Assembly: GCA_023898665.1 (NCBI GenBank)
Contig: CP060233.1
Coordinates: 82,801-146,800 of the forward strand
Source of the DNA: Candidatus Nomurabacteria bacterium
GTDB taxonomy: Bacteria > Patescibacteriota > Saccharimonadia > Saccharimonadales > HK-STAS-PATE-42
Length of the DNA: 64,000 bases
Direction of reading: 5' to 3'
Part shown: one piece after another, positions 9,716 to 17,504 of the stretch
How positions within the stretch are numbered: position 1 is the first letter of the stretch
Layout of the letters: each line of letters starts with the position of its first letter
Position numbers and translations under genes: made by a program
Notes under the pieces: model-generated
Databases searched by the model: none
Told to the model about the DNA's origin: nothing
Seen by the model: only the letters and a program-made list of their open reading frames with translations

Positions 9716-9994
9716 TTAATCACCAAAGCCCAATTCTTCGTGAGGCTCATCATCAAAGTTATGATTCACAGGTGGTCTAGTAGCTAAAGCTCCTGCTGCC
9801 TTCATCCTAACGCTTCTTGCATAGCCTGAGCTACTTCCCTTTAAAGCAGCGAGCTCAGCATCACTTGGTGGTCTATTGGTTGGTCCTGCTGTATGTCTAG
9901 GAGAAGCGGCAATTGCGACCTTTTTCTCTTGCCCGCTCGGATCCGCGAGATCGAGTTTAGTCTCGTCTAATGTGTCTTGTCTTTCAATTGTCAT
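9716..9994 (-). CDS. Hypothetical small protein, predicted disordered (92 aa)
   Basis: ORF only; Pro/Ala/Ser-rich with no recognisable domain. Confidence 0.35.
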   Translation of the reverse strand: MTIERQDTLDETKLDLADPSGQEKKVAIAASPRHTAGPTNRPPSDAELAALKGSSSGYARSVRMKAAGALATRPPVNHNFDDEPHEELGFGD

Positions 9995-10069
9995 GTTTAT
10001 TGATTAAATAATTATCTAAATTGTTTAGATGTGCATAATATACACTTTTTATTGGCTTTATACAACAAT

Positions 10070-10378
10070 CTAATTTGTATAGTCCTCTAATAGGTCATAT
10101 TTACTCACAAAATGCTGTGCTCTATCAAAAGCTTTTTGTGAGGCAAGAGGATTAGGTAATAATACAGCATAAACAGTAGTTGCAACTTTACCAGCTAATT
10201 CAATCCCTGGTGTCCCTTGCATATCACCAATCGGTCTAGAGGTCTCAATTGAATCGTATACTGATCGGACAGCTCCACCTTTTTTCAAAATAAATGATAT
10301 ATCCCTTGCCAGTTCGGGCCCCGAGCTCGATCTCCCTGGAATACTTAAGTTATCATTATAAAAACCACGTAATGCCAT
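10070..10378 (-). CDS. Hypothetical protein (102 aa)
   Basis: ORF only; GC-richer than its surroundings. Confidence 0.45.
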   Translation of the reverse strand: MALRGFYNDNLSIPGRSSSGPELARDISFILKKGGAVRSVYDSIETSRPIGDMQGTPGIELAGKVATTVYAVLLPNPLASQKAFDRAQHFVSKYDLLEDYTN

Positions 10379-10511
10379 ATTCGCTCATATAATATCATCT
10401 TGTACTGTTAAAGTCAATACTAAAATGTTTGAATAATACTTTCTACCCTGTTATAATATAATGAGCAAGTAAATATAAAATAAGGTCTACGGATCATAAG
10501 AAGGAATAGTA

Positions 10512-10898
10512 ATGCCAATAATTAAATCTGCAAAAAAACGAGCTAGACAAACTCAAGTTCGTGAAGCAAGGAATAGACTAACTAAAAAGAACATGCGTGA
10601 GGCTATTAAAGCCCTTCGTGAAGATGCAAAGAATGGCGGGAAGAATGCTGCTGAACTATTCAAAAAGGCTCAGGCAACAATTGATACTGCCGTTAAAAAG
10701 AATGTTCTACATAAGAATACTGGCTCTAGAAAAAAGTCTAGACTTAATGCTGAGCTAAAAGCTATGGGAGTTAATCCTCAAGGAGCTAAGAGTACGACTA
10801 AAGCTAAGACCTCTAGCACAAAACCGGCAGAAAAGAAGCCTGCGGCTAAAAAGCCAGCTACTAAGGCTGCTGCAAAAAAAGCTCCTGCTAAGAAATAG
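10512..10898 (+). CDS. rpsT: 30S ribosomal protein bS20 with a Lys/Ala/Pro-rich C-terminal extension
   Basis: MPIIKSAKKRARQTQVREARNRLTKKNMREAIKAL is the canonical bS20 N-terminus. The last ~40 aa are AKKPAAKKPATKAAAKKAPAKK repeats. AGGA lies upstream of the ATG. Confidence 0.9.
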   Translation: MPIIKSAKKRARQTQVREARNRLTKKNMREAIKALREDAKNGGKNAAELFKKAQATIDTAVKKNVLHKNTGSRKKSRLNAELKAMGVNPQGAKSTTKAKTSSTKPAEKKPAAKKPATKAAAKKAPAKK

Positions 10899-10927
10899 AT
10901 TCTTTATAGCAAACTAGAAAATTTTAA

Positions 10928-10958
10928 AAACCGGAAGATTAAATCTCCCGGTTTTTTT
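10928..10958 (+). terminator. Rho-independent terminator after rpsT
   Basis: AAACCGGAAGA-ttaaa-TCTCCCGGTTT hairpin with one mismatch, running into a T7 tract. Confidence 0.7.
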
Positions 10959-10979
10959 CTTTGATAGAAGATACTGATC

Positions 10980-11294
10980 TTACTCTTCAAATTCTAGATC
11001 TATGCCACCTGATGTTCCTGCTACAACGTTAAAGACAAATCCGTGAACATATCCAACGGCCCATCCGAGTGCAAAGTAGACAAGTGGTACTACCACAATT
11101 GCGACTACTCCAGCAGTTAGGCCAAAGGCCATTCCGGCTAGAACGCTTGAGGTAGACTTGGCTAGCTCAATTGTACCGGCTAGGCTATAAAGTACCGCTA
11201 CTCCAAGTCCAACGATTGCCGCAAAAGTCCCTTCGAACATAGCCACTGAGCTGGCTTTAAGTCCGGTTAGTTTTTTTGTTGATGATTTTGCCAT
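10980..11294 (-). CDS. Small integral membrane protein (104 aa)
   Basis: Three Gly/Ala/Val-rich hydrophobic helices. Forms an operon with the upstream membrane protein gene. Confidence 0.6.
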   Translation of the reverse strand: MAKSSTKKLTGLKASSVAMFEGTFAAIVGLGVAVLYSLAGTIELAKSTSSVLAGMAFGLTAGVVAIVVVPLVYFALGWAVGYVHGFVFNVVAGTSGGIDLEFEE

Positions 11295-11328
11295 AATAAA
11301 TCTCCTTTTAAATTTTATGAACTTTTAT

Positions 11329-11967
11329 TTATCTTTTACTACTAGACCTTGGAAGTCCGAACTCGGCTGCAAGTGATGCGATTTGCGCTTGAGCAGCAAC
11401 CATTGATCCACCAAACCAAACTAAGAACCATAGGAATGACTGACTCATAGCCTCTAGTGAAGTTTTTACAACTCCATTATCAGCGAGTTGAGCGACAGTT
11501 AAATCTCCTGTAATCAGTAGCGCGCTGGCTAGAATCATTGCGACTCCTACATAAGAAGTTAGGTAGATCAAGAATGCCTCGGCAGTAGGATTGCGAAGGG
11601 CGTATTTGACTCCCCAAACTAAACCTGCTACATAGAGCATAAAGACTACGAAACCGTTCTCTCTTAAGCCTAGTGCAATACCTAAGAATGCCAGGGCATT
11701 TGCTACTACTAGACCCATCAGTACAACGACGGCTAGGTCGAAGAAGACGTAGGATAACACCGCAAGTAACAATCCGACTGCAAATGAGACGAACACTGCG
11801 ACTGTTGTACTAAGTGCGCCTGTACCAAATACGGCCTGAACTCCAGTAAAGCCAACCATGACTCCTGCAAACAAGCCGAAAAGTGGTAACAATGTTTTTG
11901 CGACGCGAGCTCCAAGCGTTGCGCAAAGCAAGCCTACCGCCAGTAACGCGAAAGCGAATAGAACCAT
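11329..11967 (-). CDS. Multi-pass integral membrane protein (212 aa)
   Basis: About 6-7 hydrophobic helices; no motif recognised. Confidence 0.6.
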   Translation of the reverse strand: MVLFAFALLAVGLLCATLGARVAKTLLPLFGLFAGVMVGFTGVQAVFGTGALSTTVAVFVSFAVGLLLAVLSYVFFDLAVVVLMGLVVANALAFLGIALGLRENGFVVFMLYVAGLVWGVKYALRNPTAEAFLIYLTSYVGVAMILASALLITGDLTVAQLADNGVVKTSLEAMSQSFLWFLVWFGGSMVAAQAQIASLAAEFGLPRSSSKR

Positions 11968-12071
11968 ATTTTCTCTCCTCTTTTTTAAACTTAACTGAGG
12001 TTAATTAAACTCCCGAGCTTAGTTAAAATCAATGAATGTTGTGTTAAATATCTTACTGAACTTTTTGTTGC

Positions 12072-13901
12072 TTAATCTTGGAGCAATCCTCCACTTTGGT
12101 GGGACCATAGTTTTTTATAGAGTGGTGATGATTTTAACAATTGGTCGTGAGGGCCAGAGTCTACTACTCTCCCTTTATCTACTACGATTATTCTATCCAT
12201 TTTGCGGATTGTTGAAAGACGGTGCGCTACAACTACAGTGGTTCTATCTTTCATTAATTTCTCTAAGCTTTTCTGGATATAGCTTTCAGATTCTGAGTCG
12301 AGAGCAGATGTTGCTTCGTCTAAAAGTAGAATTGGGGCATCTTTTAGAATTGCCCTAGCAATTGCAACACGTTGGCGCTGACCTCCGCTGAGCTTAACTC
12401 CGCGCTCACCTACTAAAGTGTCATAACCATCTGGAAGTGATTCTATAAACTCATCAACATAAGCCTGTTTTGCGGCTGCCTTAACTTCTTTAAGCTTAGC
12501 GTTTGGCTTAGAGTAGCCAATGTTTTCTGCAATTGAGCGGTGGAAGAGTGCGGGATCCTGTGGAACGTAAGCTATCTGCTGCCTTAGTTTTGATTGGATT
12601 ACATCTTTGACATTAATGCCATCTATTTTGACTGCGCCAGAATCTATATCATAAAACCTTAAGATTAATTTTAGTAGAGTCGACTTTCCTCCTCCACTTG
12701 GGCCAACCAAACCGATCTTTTCGCCTGGTTTAATTGTTAAGCTAAGGTTTTTAAACAGATGCTGTTCGTCTTTTATGTTTTTATTAGGTTTGTCTTCATC
12801 TTCTTTAAGCTCCTCGGATGCATTAGTGTATTTAAAACTTGCATCATTAAATTCGATCTGCCCTTTTTCAATCTTCAATTTAACAGGATATTGAGGATCT
12901 TTAATCTCAGGCTCCATCATCATAATCTCAGCCATCTCAAAGGTTGAATTATAAACCTCCTGGACATTAATCTTATAGTTACTGAGTGCGCTTATCTTGT
13001 CCACCAAGCTTCCGGCATAAGAGGTCATTATTAGAACCATTGCCAGATCGATCTTATGGTTTATATACATAAAAATTGCGAAAAGCAAAGCTACTATTGT
13101 AAAGAACTGACCCACATATCCCGTCGCCCTGCCAAGAACATTGCTGAATACCATAGCCTTAGACTTAGCATCCGTAAAAACTTTTAGTGGTTTCTTCACG
13201 TTTCTTATTTCATACTCTTCTGCACCTTCAGACTTGACCACATCTACGGACGAGATGGAGTCAGCCAAGAAGCCCTGAAACTTGGTTATTGCCAATTGCC
13301 GTTCTTTATTTAATTTTTTTCTTTTAGGTTTAGTGGCCAGGACAAATATACCGAAAACTGCCGAAGTCATTATAAATGGGATTAAGAGAATGAGACTCTT
13401 AGAGCCTACATAGATAAAAACAAGAGTCATGGTCACAATTGAAGGTATAAGGTTATAGCTATATTCATTCAATAGGGCTTGAAAACCTATCGCGAATGAG
13501 CCTACCTTATTAACTATCCCTCCCGTAAAATTATCAGCAAAAAAGCTTTTAGACTTGGTTAATATGACTTCCTGAGATTCTACAATAAGCTCACCCTGGA
13601 CTTTAGTACTAACCTTAGACCAGATATAATCTGTAAGCCCAAAAAGAGTGAATCGGGTAAGGTGAAGTACTAGAAGAATAAGTATTACAGGGATTATCTC
13701 TAGCAGCTGTGTGTACTTACCCTGTGTAGCCCTTTGAATAAAGTTAGAGTATATTATGGGAGTAATATTTATGGCTATGATATTCCCCAAAAGGAAAAAT
13801 AAAGGAGCTAGATATCCCAACTTGTTTTGGTTAAGTTTCTTTAGGTAGTAAGATCTTGTAAATTGATCCGCGCTCTTATTGCTCATTTTTTTATCATTCA
13901 T
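12072..13901 (-). CDS. ABC exporter, fused permease/ATP-binding protein (MsbA/type I exporter-like)
   Basis: 609 aa. The N-terminal half has 6 TM helices. The C-terminal NBD has Walker A GPSGGGKST, signature LSGGQRQRV and Walker B LLLDEATSALD. Confidence 0.9.
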   Translation of the reverse strand: MNDKKMSNKSADQFTRSYYLKKLNQNKLGYLAPLFFLLGNIIAINITPIIYSNFIQRATQGKYTQLLEIIPVILILLVLHLTRFTLFGLTDYIWSKVSTKVQGELIVESQEVILTKSKSFFADNFTGGIVNKVGSFAIGFQALLNEYSYNLIPSIVTMTLVFIYVGSKSLILLIPFIMTSAVFGIFVLATKPKRKKLNKERQLAITKFQGFLADSISSVDVVKSEGAEEYEIRNVKKPLKVFTDAKSKAMVFSNVLGRATGYVGQFFTIVALLFAIFMYINHKIDLAMVLIMTSYAGSLVDKISALSNYKINVQEVYNSTFEMAEIMMMEPEIKDPQYPVKLKIEKGQIEFNDASFKYTNASEELKEDEDKPNKNIKDEQHLFKNLSLTIKPGEKIGLVGPSGGGKSTLLKLILRFYDIDSGAVKIDGINVKDVIQSKLRQQIAYVPQDPALFHRSIAENIGYSKPNAKLKEVKAAAKQAYVDEFIESLPDGYDTLVGERGVKLSGGQRQRVAIARAILKDAPILLLDEATSALDSESESYIQKSLEKLMKDRTTVVVAHRLSTIRKMDRIIVVDKGRVVDSGPHDQLLKSSPLYKKLWSHQSGGLLQD

Positions 13902-13988
13902 AATCTTTTTGATTTTAGCGGGTTTGACATTGTTTGAATAGTCTTGTTTTGTAGTTATTGATTATGTTATAATCTTAAGCAAGTTAAA

Positions 13989-14008
13989 GAGCTCCGTTTT
14001 TGGAGCTC
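13989..14008. terminator. Perfect 7-bp hairpin (GAGCTCC-gttttt-GGAGCTC), possibly a terminator for the 14094..14435 gene
   Basis: Inverted repeat read directly, with T-rich flanks on both strands. It lies ~85 nt downstream of the minus-strand gene end. Confidence 0.35.
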
Positions 14009-14093
14009 ATTTTATGTTTTAGAGATCCTGAGACCGTGGCATGTCGCCATGACGTGCGAGTTCAGGATGATTCTTGCTATGTTTTAACTATAT

Positions 14094-14435
14094 TTATGAT
14101 TCTATAGACTTCCTAGCTCCGCCCTCAACTGGTTTGCCACCAGCCATCTTGTTGAACTCTGTCTGTAATACAGCCTGTCCAACCACGCTTGCTAAGAACA
14201 GCAACAAGAAGCTTACGCCTGCTGTGTACTTGCCTTTAGTAACCTGCTCAACTCCTTCGGAGTACTTCCAGAGCCACCAGATATTCCCAATTGGGACGAT
14301 TAGCCACCAAGCGGTTGGAATGTCTGCCCCAAGCCCGTTCATCTCTCCTTTAACTTTGACCTGCCAGACGATCCCATAAATCCCAAGTGTAATTAAAGTA
14401 AGTGCTAACGATTTCCAAATCTCTCGATATTTCAT
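14094..14435 (-). CDS. Small membrane protein, DUF4234-like
   Basis: 113 aa. The N-terminal LTLITLGIYGIVWQVKVKGEMN resembles the DUF4234 signature; three TM helices. Confidence 0.55.
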   Translation of the reverse strand: MKYREIWKSLALTLITLGIYGIVWQVKVKGEMNGLGADIPTAWWLIVPIGNIWWLWKYSEGVEQVTKGKYTAGVSFLLLFLASVVGQAVLQTEFNKMAGGKPVEGGARKSIES

Positions 14436-14475
14436 ATTAATTATATTGTATTAAACTTAACTTTATTATTGGAAA

Positions 14476-15414
14476 CTATAGCACAGTAATTTGCATCAAT
14501 GCAGAATCTAGCATTGGCCAAGGTTCTGTTTTGTTAACTGTTTTTAAAGATAGATCAAGCCAGTTTATGATTTTAGAAATGTTAAGAGACTTTTGTTTAT
14601 TAATATTTTGAGATCTAACAAGCTTAGCTTGTTGAGAGGCTACAAATGGGTGGATACCGATATCGCCAGCTATAGACTGAAGTGATTTACCAGCTTCATT
14701 CCCTAAAGCTACAGCAACAAGTGAGTGGGCTTGAGAGCATAATAGAGCCACTATCTGATAGGGGTCTTCCCTAAATAGCTCAAGCTCTTTTAAGGATTTC
14801 TGGAATTTTTTAGAATCTTTTCTTAGGGCAGATTCTAGCAAATTAAAAGCTGTTTCGGAGCATGAAGGAGCTAGAAAAATATCTAAATCATCTTTATCTA
14901 TAGACTCTTTTTGGAGGTGAGAGAGTTGATTTAAGCAAATCCAGATCTCCTGCTGATCTTGATTTGTTCTGATCATTAGATCTTGCAAAACGTCATGAGA
15001 AAAAGTAAAGCCAAGTTTTTTTGATGTTTGCGTAATCCAAGTTTTAAGCTTAGCTTCTGGCAGGCTTTGGAAATCTGTAAATCCGGTGTGTTTTCGAATT
15101 TGTTTATACTCGTTAGTTCTTTTGTCTAGTGAGTTTATTAATAAAATTATCTCATTAGGATTATGCTCTAAATTTGATTCAATAATTTTATTAAGTAGAT
15201 TTAAGTTATCTTCTAATCTTTTGATAATTATTAGTTCTTTAGTGGCGAACAGTCCGGAGGATGATATATCTGATATAAAAATGTTTGGACTTTGCTCTTC
15301 TGCCGAGAACTCTCTTACAGAGTATTCTCCATTTTTTTCTATAAATTCTTTCTTAAGCTTAGATACTTCTAAGCGTTTGGCAAAAGTATTTTGGCCATAA
15401 AAAATCTTCAACAT
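14476..15414 (-). CDS. holA: DNA polymerase III subunit delta
   Basis: 312 aa. The N-terminus MLKIFYGQNTFAKRLEVSKLKKEF and the overall length and helical C-terminal organisation fit HolA. Confidence 0.75.
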   Translation of the reverse strand: MLKIFYGQNTFAKRLEVSKLKKEFIEKNGEYSVREFSAEEQSPNIFISDISSSGLFATKELIIIKRLEDNLNLLNKIIESNLEHNPNEIILLINSLDKRTNEYKQIRKHTGFTDFQSLPEAKLKTWITQTSKKLGFTFSHDVLQDLMIRTNQDQQEIWICLNQLSHLQKESIDKDDLDIFLAPSCSETAFNLLESALRKDSKKFQKSLKELELFREDPYQIVALLCSQAHSLVAVALGNEAGKSLQSIAGDIGIHPFVASQQAKLVRSQNINKQKSLNISKIINWLDLSLKTVNKTEPWPMLDSALMQITVL

Positions 15415-15519
15415 AGTTAGCTCTTATTTTACATCTAATCTGCACCGCGCCAAAGCCCGAGGACTTAAAGTCGAGCAGGTATAATTTATTTTCTAAACAA
15501 AGTAATTTAGTATTGGATT

Positions 15520-16383
15520 CTATATTTTCTGGCACTTAGGGCAAATGCGGGTTCCACGCCCAGCTGCGACTGTTCGAATTAATTCTGTACCACATCTTTT
15601 GCAGGGCTTACCTTCTCTTTTATAAACGTTTGCAAATGTGAGGTATGATCCTACTTTGCCGTCTACCTTGATATAGTTGACAGAAGATGAACCGCCTTTC
15701 TCGATACTTAAGTTTAGTACTGCTTGGAGCTCTGTAAAAAGATTCTTAAGTTTAGATTCTGGAATCTCGGAGATCTTTTTTTGAGGATGAATCTGAGCTG
15801 CCCATAAAGATTCGTCGGCATAAATATTGCCCACTCCGGCAAGAACGTTTTGGTCTAAAAGCTTAGCTTTAATCTGGGCTTTTGGAAATCTATATAAAGC
15901 TTGCTTAAACTTAATGTAGTCTATCTCCAGAGGTTCAGGACCTAAGGATGAAATGAATTTATGCAAATGATGTTCGTCTGAGGGGATTAACTCTACCCAA
16001 CCAAATTTTCTAACATCGTTAAAAAAGAGTTCAGAATTATTATCTAGCTTAAAGTGAATTCGAGTTGTTTTGTCTGGAAGTTTAGAAACTAGTGAATTAT
16101 TAGGATGGCCGGCTCCATACTGAAGCTTTGAAGATTTATAAACTAGCTGCCCAGTCATCTTAAGATGAATTAAAATTGAATGCTCAGAACTTAAGTTTAT
16201 GATGATCAGCTTGCCGCGACGTCTTGCAGTAATAACCCTAGAGCCTTCAATCTCTTTTTTAAAAATCTCAAGTGGAGTCTTGATTGTTTTTGGCCAATCA
16301 AAATCAAAAGATTTAATTGTATGTCCAACGAGATGTTCATTTAGACCACGAACAACGGTTTCTACTTCTGGTAGCTCAGGCAT
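15520..16383 (-). CDS. mutM: Formamidopyrimidine-DNA glycosylase
   Basis: MPELPEVETV catalytic N-terminus, an H2TH region, and a C-terminal zinc finger CKRCGTELIRTVAAGRGTRICPKCQ. Confidence 0.93.
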   Translation of the reverse strand: MPELPEVETVVRGLNEHLVGHTIKSFDFDWPKTIKTPLEIFKKEIEGSRVITARRRGKLIIINLSSEHSILIHLKMTGQLVYKSSKLQYGAGHPNNSLVSKLPDKTTRIHFKLDNNSELFFNDVRKFGWVELIPSDEHHLHKFISSLGPEPLEIDYIKFKQALYRFPKAQIKAKLLDQNVLAGVGNIYADESLWAAQIHPQKKISEIPESKLKNLFTELQAVLNLSIEKGGSSSVNYIKVDGKVGSYLTFANVYKREGKPCKRCGTELIRTVAAGRGTRICPKCQKI

Positions 16384-16412
16384 ACCTTAAGTTTAGCAAA
16401 AAGGTTACTTAT

Positions 16413-16664
16413 TTAGACTTGAGAGCCTTCCAGCTGAGCCCTTAGACTTTCAATGGCTTGTCTCACTTCTGGAGCGAATACGACGTACTCTGAATCAACT
16501 GGGTGTTGATGACCATTTGGACAGGTTGCATAAAAAACGATTGTCTGAGCTGTTTTGTCGATGTGGACGACATCTTCTCTGCTTACTTCGAAGTATCCAG
16601 TATTACCGTGACAGTTGTCACAGTGCATCCTAAATGTTGGTTTTTCTACTATTAGATCTCCCAT
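16413..16664 (-). CDS. Hypothetical small Cys/His protein (possible zinc ribbon)
   Basis: 83 aa with CDNCHGN...CPNGHQH. GC-richer than the flanking genes. Confidence 0.5.
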   Translation of the reverse strand: MGDLIVEKPTFRMHCDNCHGNTGYFEVSREDVVHIDKTAQTIVFYATCPNGHQHPVDSEYVVFAPEVRQAIESLRAQLEGSQV

Positions 16665-16751
16665 GATAAATTCTATCTGTTTTTACAATAGTATTAATAG
16701 TTTACTTAATATCGAGATTATAGCAATCTTTGTGCTCAGGAGTCAACTTGG

Positions 16752-17054
16752 CTAACTTGTGTATGGATTCGTCGGCTCAAAAGATGCTAATAGGTCTAGC
16801 CATCTTTCATCAGTGGCTGCAATGAATCCGGCTATTTGAACATGCTCTGATGGATTAAAAATGGCATGAGGGTCACCGACTCTTCTGCCGAAACCGTCAG
16901 TTCCTAGCGTTAAGAAGCTAGGAGACTCACTAAACGCCTGGGATGGGGTCCTATTTGAACCATAAGGCCCTAGGTCAACTGGGGTAACCGTTGGTTTCTC
17001 TAAAGAGCCGCCTTTATTAATCCCGATCAATCTAAGATGTGTTCCTCTGTACAT
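16752..17054 (-). CDS. Hypothetical protein (100 aa)
   Basis: ORF only. Its start lies 15 nt after the stop of the upstream fragment. Confidence 0.45.
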   Translation of the reverse strand: MYRGTHLRLIGINKGGSLEKPTVTPVDLGPYGSNRTPSQAFSESPSFLTLGTDGFGRRVGDPHAIFNPSEHVQIAGFIAATDERWLDLLASFEPTNPYTS

Positions 17055-17069
17055 AGTTACTCTTTCGTC

Positions 17070-17469
17070 TTACCATATCATTGCGTTAACCAAAGGAATA
17101 CATATTTCTGCAAGCTGATTTTTTGGTCGCGGGTATGAAGTAGATCCAGGAGTTAGGGTAGCATCACCTAGATTTAATGGTGGCACTTCAAGGCTATCCT
17201 GCGGGTACTCTTCACTATACTCGCCAGTGCTATCACCTTTATTGAATATAATTACATAAAAGATCTCCTGCCACCTCGCCCGCAACACGTACTTGAGCAA
17301 CGCTCCGGGCCGTATTTGGTTTAAGAGGCGTTAGCTTCGGATTTGCTAATTCAACCCCTTCGCTAGCACCTACGGCTATATCCTTTCCAAGGAGGCTCGA
17401 TGCTCTCTTGACCTTTTCTTCTAATGTTTTAGTTGCTGTATCAAATGTATATCTTCCCGATTCAGTCAT
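17070..17469 (-). pseudogene. Possible frameshifted hypothetical gene (two overlapping 76-aa ORFs)
   Basis: ORFs 17239..17469 and 17070..17300 overlap by 62 nt in different frames. Removing one base from the A4 run at 17258..17261 gives ...VAGEVAGDLYVIIFNKGDSTGEYSEEYPQDS.... Speculative. Confidence 0.3.
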
Positions 17470-17504
17470 ATCGTTTATTATATTAATGTAGTATGTGTCA
17501 ACAG

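Noticed and set aside
14024-14068. GC-rich imperfect inverted repeat GATCCTGA...TCAGGATGA, with a look-alike (GATCCT...TCAGGATGA) at ~37624-37648; considered as a dispersed REP-like element or small RNA.
   Set aside because: There are only two copies. The shared parts are short (6-9 nt) and the internal sequences are unrelated and fold poorly. This is insufficient evidence.
15415-15519. Candidate holA promoter (TTGGCG-16 nt-TAAAAT on the minus strand) and a small GACTT-a-AAGTC palindrome in the mutM-holA spacer.
   Set aside because: The hexamers are weak and the spacing is uncertain. Nothing distinguishes them from chance matches in AT-rich DNA.
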